NCBI GenBank assembly: GCA_039030125.1
Contig: JBCCEV010000003.1
Coordinates: 1-50,790, forward strand
Reading direction: 5' to 3'
From: Pseudomonadota bacterium
GTDB taxonomy: Bacteria; Pseudomonadota; Gammaproteobacteria; Ga0077536
DNA length: 50,790 nucleotides
Part shown: positions 28,683 through 37,952 of the stretch, piece after piece
Position numbering within the stretch: the first letter of the stretch is position 1
Layout: each line of letters begins with the position of its first letter
Made by a program: the position numbers and the translations under genes
The notes under the pieces: generated by a model
The model's input: the letters and a program-made list of their open reading frames with translations, nothing else
What the model was told of the DNA's origin: nothing
Database searches by the model: none

Positions 28683-29541
28683 GATTTTGTACCTGTTCAC
28701 GCATTTGTTCGATGAGCACTTTAAGTTCGACCGCGGCGTTGGTGGTCTCCAAATGGGCCGACTTGGAGGCCAAGGTATTTGCTTCGCGGTTGAGTTCCTG
28801 CATAAGGAAATCAAGGCGCCGTCCAATGGGCTCCTTGCTTGCGAGCACGCGTCTCACTTCTTCGATATGGGCGGTTAGCCGGTCAAGTTCCTCGGCGACA
28901 TCCAATTTTTGCACTAACAAAGCGCTCTCTTGTTCGACCCGCCCTGCATCGATATCGCTGGCGAGTTCTATTATCCGCTGCTGATGACGCTCGGTGAGGT
29001 TCGCGATGATCGCGGGAACTACCTCTTGCAGTTTTTCGACCTGAGGTCCCATCGCGTCACACTTGCCGAGCAACAGGGTGGTTAAGGTCGCGCCTTCCCG
29101 GGCACGCGTCTCGATTAAGCTATCCAATGCTGCATCGAGATGCTCAAGGATCACTTGTTCGGCCTGACTTGCATCGATTTTTTGTGATTCCACCACGCCC
29201 GGCCAGCGCAATACATCAATCGGGTTTATCGGCGCCAAGGTCTCAAGAGTTGAGCCTAATTCGCTTGCCGCGCGCGCGATATCCTTGGCTAAGTTTTGAT
29301 TCACCGTGATCCCGCCCTCGGCCGTCGAAACGAGATCGATTTTTAAGTTGCAATCGATTTTGCCGCGCTTAACCCGGGCGGCCAGGCGATCTCTGATCGC
29401 GGTTTCAAGCCCGCGAAAATTCTCCGGCAGTCGGAAGTGTGGCTCAAGGTAGCGGTGATTTACCGAGCGCAATTCCCAAGTACCGTTACCCCAGGGTTGA
29501 GAAAACTCAACGCGTGCAAATGCCGTCATGCTATGTGGCAT
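28675..29541 (-). CDS. yicC: YicC/YloC family endoribonuclease
   Basis: SMTAFAR, SVNHRYLE, GRRLDFLMQELNREANTLASK, EQMREQVQNLE. Confidence 0.96.
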   Translation of the reverse strand: MPHSMTAFARVEFSQPWGNGTWELRSVNHRYLEPHFRLPENFRGLETAIRDRLAARVKRGKIDCNLKIDLVSTAEGGITVNQNLAKDIARAASELGSTLETLAPINPIDVLRWPGVVESQKIDASQAEQVILEHLDAALDSLIETRAREGATLTTLLLGKCDAMGPQVEKLQEVVPAIIANLTERHQQRIIELASDIDAGRVEQESALLVQKLDVAEELDRLTAHIEEVRRVLASKEPIGRRLDFLMQELNREANTLASKSAHLETTNAAVELKVLIEQMREQVQNLE

Positions 29542-29668
29542 GAAATAATCCGTTCGGTCGTAAAGGGATCATCTTAACTGTTCAGGTGATCCGCTCAAAC
29601 AATGGAGAGCGTTAGTCCCCAACCTGGATCGGTATAATGCCGATAAGCGACCAACAAGAGAGATCTCC

Positions 29669-30391
29669 ATGAGCAAACGGCCTAGCGGGCGCGCACCCGA
29701 TCAACTCCGAGACGTGCGATTCACCCGTGATTACACACGCCACGCCGAAGGCTCGGTGCTCATCGAATTCGGCGATACAAAAGTGTTGTGTAACGCCAGC
29801 GTGGAGGAGAAAGTTCCGCCGTTCTTGAAAGGTAAGGGCAGCGGCTGGGTCACCGCCGAGTATGGGATGTTGCCGCGTTCGACGCACACACGCTCGCGCC
29901 GGGAGGCAAGCCAGGGTCGTCAAGGCGGGCGAACGATGGAGATTCAGCGCCTCATCGGCCGCTCGTTGCGAGCGGTGATGGACATGCAGGCACTGGGTGA
30001 GCGCACCATCACGCTTGATTGCGATGTTTTACAGGCGGACGGCGGCACCCGCACGGCGTCAATCACCGGTGCATATGTGGCGCTGGCCGATGCCGTTCAG
30101 CGTTTGTTGGATGCAGGCAAGCTCAAAAAGAATCCGATCCACGGCGCGGTGGCCGCGATTTCCGTCGGGATCTATGAGGGCACGCCTGTTTTGGATCTCG
30201 ACTACGCCGAAGATCACGTGGCCGAGACCGACATGAATATCGTAATGAATGAAGCCAAGCAGTTTATCGAACTGCAGGGCACGGCTGAGGGACATGCATT
30301 CCGTCGCGACGAACTCGATGCCCTGTTGGCGTTGGCCGAGCGCGGCATCGAGGAATTAATCGCCGCTCAAGATAAGGTTTTGAAACAATAG
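29669..30391 (+). CDS. rph: Ribonuclease PH
   Basis: [43 protein letters not shown]. Confidence 0.98.
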   Translation: MSKRPSGRAPDQLRDVRFTRDYTRHAEGSVLIEFGDTKVLCNASVEEKVPPFLKGKGSGWVTAEYGMLPRSTHTRSRREASQGRQGGRTMEIQRLIGRSLRAVMDMQALGERTITLDCDVLQADGGTRTASITGAYVALADAVQRLLDAGKLKKNPIHGAVAAISVGIYEGTPVLDLDYAEDHVAETDMNIVMNEAKQFIELQGTAEGHAFRRDELDALLALAERGIEELIAAQDKVLKQ

Positions 30392-30990
30392 TGCGCGAGT
30401 TGGTTCTCGCGAGCGGCAACCCCCGGAAGCTTCGAGAGTTCCGCGCACTGCTCTCAGACCCCGACATCCAGGTATTAAGTCAATCCGAGCTCGGCGTCGC
30501 GAGTCCTGAGGAAACAGGACTCACTTTCGTGGAGAACGCTTTGATCAAGGCACGCCACGCCGCGCACCACACCGGTAAGCCCGCGGTGGCGGATGATTCC
30601 GGGATCGCGGTTGACGTGCTCGGGGGGCGCCCGGGCATATTTTCAGCGCGCTACGCGGGCGTCGGCGCCAGCGACGAGGAGAATCTCTCGCAATTGCTGG
30701 CTGATGTGCGCCAATTTTCCGACAAGCAGTTGAGCTGCCGCTTTGTTTGCGTTCTTGCCTACCTCGGCGCCGCCGACGATCCGCTTCCGCTAATTTGCAC
30801 CGCCACCTGGGAAGGGCGCTTGATCCGCGCACCGCGCGGCGAAAATGGTTTTGGCTACGATCCTATTTTTTTTCTCGACGATCACGGCTGCACCTCCGCT
30901 GAGTTAGCGAGTGAGGTTAAAAACGAGATCAGCCACCGGGGTCAGGCTTTTCGGATGTTTCACCAACAATTCCGCCGGTTCCCGTCTTAA
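30391..30990 (+). CDS. rdgB: dITP/XTP pyrophosphatase
   Basis: ASGN..KL.E, EETG.TF.ENA, ADDSG, GFGYDPIF, KNEISHRG. Confidence 0.96.
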   Translation: MRELVLASGNPRKLREFRALLSDPDIQVLSQSELGVASPEETGLTFVENALIKARHAAHHTGKPAVADDSGIAVDVLGGRPGIFSARYAGVGASDEENLSQLLADVRQFSDKQLSCRFVCVLAYLGAADDPLPLICTATWEGRLIRAPRGENGFGYDPIFFLDDHGCTSAELASEVKNEISHRGQAFRMFHQQFRRFPS

Positions 30991-31012
30991 CGGGCATCAA
31001 GCGTTCCGTCCG

Positions 31013-32149
31013 ATGATTGTTCCTTGTTCGACGGCCGCGCTCTACGTGCATCTCCCCTGGTGCGTCAAAAAATGTCCTTACTGCGATTTCAACTCGTACG
31101 AAAAACGGGGCGTCCTTGCTGAACATGACTACGTTGATGCCCTGCTGGCCGATCTTGATGACGAGCTCGATTGGTCGGCACCGCCGGAGATAACCTCGGT
31201 ATTTTTTGGCGGTGGCACACCCAGTTTGTTCAGCGCTCAGGCCATCGGGCGGTTGCTCGATGGATTTGCTAAGCGGCTGCATTTCAGCGCTGACGTTGAA
31301 GTGACGCTGGAGGCGAATCCTGGCGCGGCCGATGAGGCACGGTTTCGAGGTTACCGGGCGGCGGGAGTCAACCGGCTATCCATTGGGGTACAGAGCTTTG
31401 ACGATACCTGTCTGCGCCAACTCGGGCGCGCGCACGATTGCCAAGCAGCGGATTCAGCGATAGCGGCGGCTCGAAGTGCGGGCTTTGAGAACTTCAATCT
31501 CGATTTGATGTATGGGCTACCGGCTCAGGGCGCTGGCGCAGTGAGCGACGATCTGCGCCGGGCGCTTGCAAGCGAGCCGACCCACATTTCCTGGTACCAA
31601 CTCACTATCGAGGAGAATACGGCATTCGCGAAGCGGCCACCGGCGCTGCCGGATCCGGACCTCATCGATGAGCAGGCACACCTGGGGCTCGATATCCTCG
31701 CCGCTTATGGGTTTCAGCGCTACGAAGTCTCGGCCTTCGCGCAACCTGACAGGGCCTGCCGCCACAATCTCAACTACTGGGAGTACGGCGATTATCTTGG
31801 GATCGGTGCTGGGGCCCACGGCAAACGGACCTCATCACGCGGCGTTACCCGCAGCGAACGGGTGCGAAATCCGGCGCGCTTCATAAATCAGCAAAACCCA
31901 GTGCGGCGCGAAGCGGTCGATGAAAGCGATTTAATCGCGGAGTTCATGATTAACGCGCTGCGGCTTAAAAACGGTTGTGCGTTAAATCTCTTTGAAGCGC
32001 GGACCGGGTTGGGGCGCGAAGTATTGGCGACCCATCTGGCCACCGGACGGGCACGGGGATGGTTAGCCGACGATCCCATCCGGATCGCCACGACCGAGCG
32101 TGGATTTCGTTTTCTAAACGATGTCCAACTGTTGTTCCTAGAGGGCTAA
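31013..32149 (+). CDS. hemW: Radical SAM heme chaperone HemW (YggW)
   Basis: LYVHLPWCVKKCPYCDFNS, GGGTPS, EANP, HNLNYW; rph-rdgB-hemW synteny. Confidence 0.93.
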   Translation: MIVPCSTAALYVHLPWCVKKCPYCDFNSYEKRGVLAEHDYVDALLADLDDELDWSAPPEITSVFFGGGTPSLFSAQAIGRLLDGFAKRLHFSADVEVTLEANPGAADEARFRGYRAAGVNRLSIGVQSFDDTCLRQLGRAHDCQAADSAIAAARSAGFENFNLDLMYGLPAQGAGAVSDDLRRALASEPTHISWYQLTIEENTAFAKRPPALPDPDLIDEQAHLGLDILAAYGFQRYEVSAFAQPDRACRHNLNYWEYGDYLGIGAGAHGKRTSSRGVTRSERVRNPARFINQQNPVRREAVDESDLIAEFMINALRLKNGCALNLFEARTGLGREVLATHLATGRARGWLADDPIRIATTERGFRFLNDVQLLFLEG

Positions 32150-32580
32150 AAGTCGTAGGGGCCAGCGGTTTGGATCGCCTCGGGCATCCAGGTTTCGTGA
32201 ATGTGTAGCCAGGTCAAGGGTTCACCGTGTTCGAACAGCACGCTCGCCAGCCGCGCGTTCTCGGGCGGTTTCGAGGCGCGCGCATTGCGCTGCCATTCCT
32301 CGTAGGTTGCTAAGACCTTGCCATCGAATTCGCGCCGCAGCGTTACGTTGCGGATCGCTATTCTAAATTCTGGGTTGCTCGCGTGATTGTCCCTCACGGC
32401 GGTGGCGAGGTCATCGAGCGATAGAATGGTGCCGGCTGGCGGGATCAGCAGGAATTCAGGATCGAAGCGCGACAGGAACTGCTCCCCGAAGCAATCGCTT
32501 GGCAACTGCCCCGAAAACCAGCCGACGAAGAACTCATGAAGCGCCTCGATTTCTTCGCGCACTTGCTCGTGTAGTGTCAT
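32146..32580 (-). CDS. DUF4440/NTF2-like hypothetical protein
   Basis: LHEFFVGWFSG...YEEWQ...WLHIHETW pattern. Confidence 0.7.
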   Translation of the reverse strand: MTLHEQVREEIEALHEFFVGWFSGQLPSDCFGEQFLSRFDPEFLLIPPAGTILSLDDLATAVRDNHASNPEFRIAIRNVTLRREFDGKVLATYEEWQRNARASKPPENARLASVLFEHGEPLTWLHIHETWMPEAIQTAGPYDF

Positions 32581-32590
32581 ATACGGATTG

Positions 32591-32803
32591 TTAGCCTGCC
32601 GGGGTGCCGGTGTCGTGCACCTGCGCGTAGAACACTTTCTGGTTATGGAGTTTGCCAAGCAAGCCGTTCAGATCGCGAATTCGCTGCGGTTGTTCTTGCG
32701 CGCCCGCCAGGGTGTTGTTGGCGGCGATTTCCCGCCGCAGCGCCTGCTCGATCATTTCGATGTCGCTGGGGAGAAGTTCAAAAGAGCGTCGGAATTTAGC
32801 CAT
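32591..32803 (-). CDS. Small conserved hypothetical protein (70 aa)
   Basis: MAKFRRSFEL..DIEMIEQALR...LLGKLHNQKVFY; GGAGG upstream. Confidence 0.7.
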   Translation of the reverse strand: MAKFRRSFELLPSDIEMIEQALRREIAANNTLAGAQEQPQRIRDLNGLLGKLHNQKVFYAQVHDTGTPAG

Positions 32804-32888
32804 CGTTGAGCCCTCCGTTAAGGGCGGTGGCGAGGGTAACGAGCGGATCATTGGGCAAAAGGCCAGCGGCCCCAGTATCAGCGTGCAT
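32796..32888 (-). CDS. Candidate 30-aa small protein
   Basis: GGAGG 8 nt before ATG; MHADTGAAGLLPNDPLVTLATALNGGLNDG; stop overlaps the next start (ATGGCTAA). Confidence 0.35.
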   Translation of the reverse strand: MHADTGAAGLLPNDPLVTLATALNGGLNDG

Positions 32889-32968
32889 ATGAGCTTCCTC
32901 CATCATGCGGGCTGTTGAGCGTTGGGCGCGATCATACTGATCGGCCACCGGTGCGGCAACGTTTGAGC

Positions 32969-33601
32969 TTAAATCTGATGGCCGTAGGTGTCTTTGAAAG
33001 CGATCTCTTCAACGGGCCGGCGCGTGAGCTTTTTTGGAAAAGCCTTGGCGGGCCAACCCAGCATGACGACGGCGACAACGGCAAGCTCGGCAGGAATTTG
33101 CAGTAAGGATTTCACCTGCGGTTCGACCGACGCATGCAGCGTCGTCAGCGCCGCGCCTAGCCCGCGCGCCCGCGCGGCCAGCAGTACGTTCTGCACGGCG
33201 GGATAAATCGAGGCGCCACCAACGACGCTCAGACGATCGAGCTCGAGGTCGGTGGGATGCACGCCCGATAGATCTGCGCAAACAACCAGGTGGACCGGGA
33301 TCAGTTCAAGGTGATTGGCAAAATGATCGGCGTCTTCGAGGACTTTCGGGCGGGCGCCGATCCGTTGCGAGCCGGCCTGTACGCTTTCCATGTATTCGTT
33401 CCAGATCGGCAGGTACAGGTCTTTCAGTTTCGCTTTCTTCCCCTCATCTTGAACCGCGACAAACGTCACCGGTTGACGGTTGCCGCCGCTTGGCGCCCAG
33501 CGCGCGGCAGAGAGCACTTCCAAAAGCACCTCATCGGCGAGTGCATCGGGTTTGAAATACCGACAAGTACCGTTGGTACTCATGATTTCGTGCAAATCCA
33601 C
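32969..33601 (-). CDS. Nitroreductase family protein
   Basis: CRYF..D, ARWAPSGGNRQP, SIYPAVQNVLLAARARGLG, TRRP. Confidence 0.9.
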   Translation of the reverse strand: MDLHEIMSTNGTCRYFKPDALADEVLLEVLSAARWAPSGGNRQPVTFVAVQDEGKKAKLKDLYLPIWNEYMESVQAGSQRIGARPKVLEDADHFANHLELIPVHLVVCADLSGVHPTDLELDRLSVVGGASIYPAVQNVLLAARARGLGAALTTLHASVEPQVKSLLQIPAELAVVAVVMLGWPAKAFPKKLTRRPVEEIAFKDTYGHQI

Positions 33602-33621
33602 CGCGCGACTCCGGAGCCAAA

Positions 33622-33870
33622 TTAGCCGCCGTCAAATTGTTGCCACCACTGGTTTTCCAAGTTTGCCGTGTCGATCGGTTCGTAAGTGACTTCGGGCGGA
33701 ATGACCGCGGCTGGCAACACACCTGCCTCGTCGCCCCCCGCGGCACTTGGCGCGGCAGAAACCGGCGCGGCAGTGCCGCCACCTCCAGATTGGCTTGAGG
33801 CTGGGTCGTCGCCTGCGCAGCCGACAGCAACGAAAGCGCAAATGATTGAGAAGATGATTGCTTTGTCCAT
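33622..33870 (-). CDS. Small putative lipoprotein
   Basis: Hydrophobic signal with lipobox VAVGC, low-complexity linker, C-terminal ENQWWQQF. Confidence 0.6.
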   Translation of the reverse strand: MDKAIIFSIICAFVAVGCAGDDPASSQSGGGGTAAPVSAAPSAAGGDEAGVLPAAVIPPEVTYEPIDTANLENQWWQQFDGG

Positions 33871-33938
33871 CGTGAACCCCCCTGTGGACCTGATCTAAGG
33901 ACTATATCACCGTGTACCCCTTGGCACGAAGGTTTCCC

Positions 33939-34364
33939 TCAGTCGTGATCGGGCCCCACTTTGCGGCGGTGATTCTTGGTGGCCGAGCGCCGTTTTTTGT
34001 CGGACAGTCGCGCTTCGCGTGCGGCCCTGGAAGGCCGGGTCGAAATTCGTTGCTTGCGCGGTTGCCGGGCTTTACTGAGCAACGCGCGAAGGCGCTCGAG
34101 GGCGTCCTCGCGATTCTTCGACTGCGTTCGGTATTGCTGTGCCTTGATTCGAACGACACCCTCTTTGCTGATGCGGTTGTCACGAAGCTTGAGGAGCCTG
34201 GCTTTCGTCGATTGGTCAAGCGACGACGCCTTGATATCAAATCGCAGTTCGATTGCTGTGGCGACTTTGTTGACGTTCTGCCCGCCTGGGCCTTGGGCAT
34301 GTATCGCGGTTAGTTCAATTTCGCCAAGGGGAACACCCAGGGGCTCATCCTCGCGCGCGCTCAC
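33939..34364 (-). CDS. arfB: Alternative ribosome rescue peptidyl-tRNA hydrolase
   Basis: GPGGQNVNK, RTQSKNREDA, basic C-terminal tail. Confidence 0.95.
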   Translation of the reverse strand: MSAREDEPLGVPLGEIELTAIHAQGPGGQNVNKVATAIELRFDIKASSLDQSTKARLLKLRDNRISKEGVVRIKAQQYRTQSKNREDALERLRALLSKARQPRKQRISTRPSRAAREARLSDKKRRSATKNHRRKVGPDHD

Positions 34365-35761
34365 GGGGAAACGCGCTGATAGTTGAGTCGTTCGCCTTGG
34401 AAGATCGGTTGCTCGCCATCTGTTGTCGCAATGATGATTGTCGCCGCGCCGTCGCCGCGGCGGGCAAAACGCGGGCCGCCGAGCGCGAACAGCCTGCGGG
34501 GCTTGCCGTTGCCAAGCCGGGTAAAGAGCTTGTCGCCCTCGCGTACGATCACCAAGGGCTGCGGATCGCTGGCGCTAAAGCGCCGGGTGAGCGTTTCGTA
34601 GCGGCCGAGCGTCGTCTCCAAGGCAATTTCTTGCAAGGGCACGTCCATTAACGATCGCTTGGGCCTGCCGGCCACCAGCAACCGCTCGACCGCGGAACGG
34701 ATCTCCCGCAAAGGCGCATGCTTAAACGCATTGATCATCACAAGATAGCCTTTGCCAATTTCATCGCTGTAGCCGAAGTGGGCGAGATAGCCATCGCCAT
34801 CGCCACCGTGACCATAAAATGGAACGCTATCAACGTACCAGCCGTAAACCCCAAGCCCGTAGCCGAAGCTCAGTCCGTGTTGGGCGGCCAGGGTCGTTTG
34901 CGCACGCTCGACACGCGCGATGGTCGATTCCTTCACGAGCGCGGTGCCGTTGGGCAGCCGGCCTCGGTTGAGAAACAGCCGGATAAATCGACCCGCGTCA
35001 TCGACCGTGGTGTTGAGGGCCCCAAAGGGTCTGAACAACATGTGCCAGTAAGGGATTGGGGTATGAGCGTCTGAGTCGTAACCGGTGATCAAGCGATCTG
35101 CGACGTCGCTTAGAAAAAAACTCGTGTCGTGCATGTTCAACGGCGCCAGGATTTCCTCGCCGACGAAAGATTCGAATGTCCGCTGCGCTGCGTTTTCCAA
35201 CGCTAACGCGGCGAGTCCGGCGCCAGCGTTGGAATACACCATATAGCGCCCCGGCGGCCACATCATCTGACGGTTGCCGGGCGCGACACGAACGGCGTCT
35301 GCTAATGCGATTGGGGCGGGATCGGAATGGTTCATCTCACCCCACGACAAATCCATCAGGCCGCTGGTGTGCTCCAGAAGCTGCGCGATGGACACCGGTG
35401 CGTCGCCCGCATAGGCGTTGGTAAATAGCTCGGCGTCTATGTGATCCTTGAGGTCACTTTCAAGTGACAGCAGCCCGCGCTCGCTCGCCATCGCGAGTGC
35501 GAGGCCGGTAAATGATTTGGTGATTGAGCCGATCCGAAAGACGCTCTTGCGGGTTACCGGCTCGTTTCGCGCGCGATCGGCGATCCCTCTGATCTCGGCA
35601 AGCAGTGTCTTTTCACGATCGGTGATCACTACCGCATAGGCGGCGATGTCGTGGCGCTCGCGGATCGCATCGAGCCGCTGCGTTAACGTCTCCAGATCAG
35701 CGCTCGCCACAGCACCCCAGGCGAGCCAATAAAGTATGGCGGGTGTTAATAGACGCTGCAT
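34361..35761 (-). CDS. Serine hydrolase, beta-lactamase class C-like family
   Basis: FRIGSITK (SxxK), LLEHTSG, YSN, HGG; signal peptide. Confidence 0.88.
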   Translation of the reverse strand: MQRLLTPAILYWLAWGAVASADLETLTQRLDAIRERHDIAAYAVVITDREKTLLAEIRGIADRARNEPVTRKSVFRIGSITKSFTGLALAMASERGLLSLESDLKDHIDAELFTNAYAGDAPVSIAQLLEHTSGLMDLSWGEMNHSDPAPIALADAVRVAPGNRQMMWPPGRYMVYSNAGAGLAALALENAAQRTFESFVGEEILAPLNMHDTSFFLSDVADRLITGYDSDAHTPIPYWHMLFRPFGALNTTVDDAGRFIRLFLNRGRLPNGTALVKESTIARVERAQTTLAAQHGLSFGYGLGVYGWYVDSVPFYGHGGDGDGYLAHFGYSDEIGKGYLVMINAFKHAPLREIRSAVERLLVAGRPKRSLMDVPLQEIALETTLGRYETLTRRFSASDPQPLVIVREGDKLFTRLGNGKPRRLFALGGPRFARRGDGAATIIIATTDGEQPIFQGERLNYQRVSP

Positions 35762-36177
35762 CTTTCGAAACTTTCCAGGAACTCATCATCTTGTGGGCGG
35801 TGACGATAATGCAGGAGATGGGCCGGGCATTGACAGTCGCTGGCACCGAATCCGGCGATCGGTACCGTGGCCGCCGTACTTTGTGCGAGATGCCTGGCGA
35901 GTTGGTGTTCGAGCGCCTCGGCGCTGATCCAAACAGCACAGACCGGAACTTGGGTGGTCAAACGATCGATATGCCAGTGGATGGTCTTCGACTTCCGGCA
36001 ATGGCGCCCAATTCGGGCGCGCAGACCACCGGGACCAAAAGCGCTGCCCACATAGATATAGAAGCCGCTGCTCAACAGGTGACGGGTACTTTGAGGCGGG
36101 GCGAGCACCGGCACCTTAGCGGGTGTGTGCAACAAAAGCGCATAGGTGCCGCCCTCGCGTGGTAGTGCAGATTGCAT
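35746..36177 (-). CDS. GIY-YIG (Uri) superfamily nuclease, DUF123-like
   Basis: GTYAL...GFYIYVGSAFGPGGL.AR..RH...HWHID.L...E...GFGASDC.C..HL. Confidence 0.82.
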   Translation of the reverse strand: MQSALPREGGTYALLLHTPAKVPVLAPPQSTRHLLSSGFYIYVGSAFGPGGLRARIGRHCRKSKTIHWHIDRLTTQVPVCAVWISAEALEHQLARHLAQSTAATVPIAGFGASDCQCPAHLLHYRHRPQDDEFLESFERCSVY

Positions 36178-36225
36178 GCCCTGATTGTAGGCCGGTTTTA
36201 AGAACAGTCGTGATAGAGCAAGGGC

Positions 36226-36254
36226 AAAAAAAAGCCGCCCCTTGGGGCGGCTTT
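36226..36254 (-). terminator. Rho-independent terminator after nhaB
   Basis: GCCGCCC-CTTG-GGGCGGC stem preceded by an 8-A run on + (U-tract on -). Confidence 0.85.
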
Positions 36255-36277
36255 GTTGCACCTGAAAGCGTGAGGTC

Positions 36278-37783
36278 TTAGAGCAGGTAGATCACCGAGA
36301 GCAAGCCCGTGATGCTCATGGTGATGGTGTAGGGAAGGGCCATTATCACCATGCGGCCATAGGACAGGCGCAGCAGCGGCGCCAACGCCGAAGTCAGTAA
36401 GAACAGGAAGGCCGCCTGACCATTGGGGGTCGCCACACTTGGAATATTGGTGCCGGTGTTAATGGCAACGGCCAACAGGTCGAACTGCTCGCGCGTGATG
36501 GTATTGGCATCCAGCGCCGCCTTGACCTCGCTGATGTAGACGGTGGCGACAAACACGTTGTCGCTGATCATGGAGAGAATACCGTTGGCGAGGTAGAAAG
36601 CGCTGGTTTGAACGGTGCCTTCAAGCTCCAGAACCCAGGCGATAACCGGCGAGAATAAGTGTTGATCGTGAATTACCGCCACGATGCCGAAGAACACCAC
36701 CAGCAGCGACGTGAAGGGTAGCGCTTCTTCGAATGCGTGGCCGATTTGGTGCTCTTCGATCACGCCGTTAAACGCGGTGGCGAGAACAATAATCGTCAGT
36801 CCGATAACGCCGACCTCGGCCAGGTGAAATCCCAACGCGAAGCACAGAAATATTGCGACTATCGCCTGCACAACGATTTTGGCGTTGTCGCGAGTGGTCC
36901 GCCGATCGGACTCAAAAGTGTCGTAGTCCTCAAGGATTTTTCGCACGTTGTCCGGCAGATCGGCGCCAAAGCCAAACCATTTGGTTTTCTCCAGCGCAAA
37001 ACAGGTGAGCATTCCCACCACAAACACCGGCATTGAAACCGGTGCCATGCGCACGAAGAATTCCACGAACTCCCAGCCCGCGACTTTTGCGATCAGCAAG
37101 TTCTGCGGCTCACCGACCAAGGTGCAGACGCCGCCGAGCGCGGTGCCGACTGCGGCATGCATCATGAGGCTACGCAAAAATGAGCGGAAATTTTCAAGGT
37201 CGTCGCGATGCGTCTCATCGATTGAATGATCATGGGTCGGATCGTGCTCATCGCCGTAGTGCTTACCGGATCTGATTTTATGGTAGACCAGATAAAACCC
37301 CTGCGCGACTGCGATCACCACGGCCGTCACCGTGAGGGCATCGAGGAAAGCGGATAACACTGCCGCGACCGAGCAGAACAGTAGCGACAACAGGGCTTTC
37401 GATCGAACCTTCACCAGGATCTTGGTGAAGGTAAACAACAGAAGCTCTTTCAGGAAATAGATCCCCGCCACCATGAACATCAACAGCATGATGACCGGGA
37501 AGTTGTGCAAGGTTTCCTCGTAGACCGATTCCGGCGTGGTCAGTCCGATAACCACCGCCTCGATGGCCAGCAAACCACCTGGCTGCAGCGGATAGCACTT
37601 CAGCGCCATTGCCAGGCAGAAGATAAATTCCAGGATCAGAATCCAGCCCGTAATAAAGGGTCCCACAACGGTGAGCAAGATCGGGTTGGCAATGAGAAAC
37701 CCGATGATTGTCCATTTAAACCAGATCGGTGAAGACCCAAGAAAGTTGTCAACGAATGCGCGTTGAAATGTCTGGCTCGTCAT
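36278..37783 (-). CDS. nhaB: Na+/H+ antiporter NhaB
   Basis: [61 protein letters not shown]. Confidence 0.96.
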   Translation of the reverse strand: MTSQTFQRAFVDNFLGSSPIWFKWTIIGFLIANPILLTVVGPFITGWILILEFIFCLAMALKCYPLQPGGLLAIEAVVIGLTTPESVYEETLHNFPVIMLLMFMVAGIYFLKELLLFTFTKILVKVRSKALLSLLFCSVAAVLSAFLDALTVTAVVIAVAQGFYLVYHKIRSGKHYGDEHDPTHDHSIDETHRDDLENFRSFLRSLMMHAAVGTALGGVCTLVGEPQNLLIAKVAGWEFVEFFVRMAPVSMPVFVVGMLTCFALEKTKWFGFGADLPDNVRKILEDYDTFESDRRTTRDNAKIVVQAIVAIFLCFALGFHLAEVGVIGLTIIVLATAFNGVIEEHQIGHAFEEALPFTSLLVVFFGIVAVIHDQHLFSPVIAWVLELEGTVQTSAFYLANGILSMISDNVFVATVYISEVKAALDANTITREQFDLLAVAINTGTNIPSVATPNGQAAFLFLLTSALAPLLRLSYGRMVIMALPYTITMSITGLLSVIYLL

Positions 37784-37952
37784 GGAACCCCCGTTCCCAA
37801 TAGATTCAGCAACCGTCGCCATTCGATCTGTCCTCCACATGAGACCGGCGCACTGGATAGGCACCGTTATCGACTTATCGACAGACGACGAGAAAAATTA
37901 AATATTAACCGCGATATTCGGATCCGATGCGCTTGGGGCTAAGCCTGCCGCT

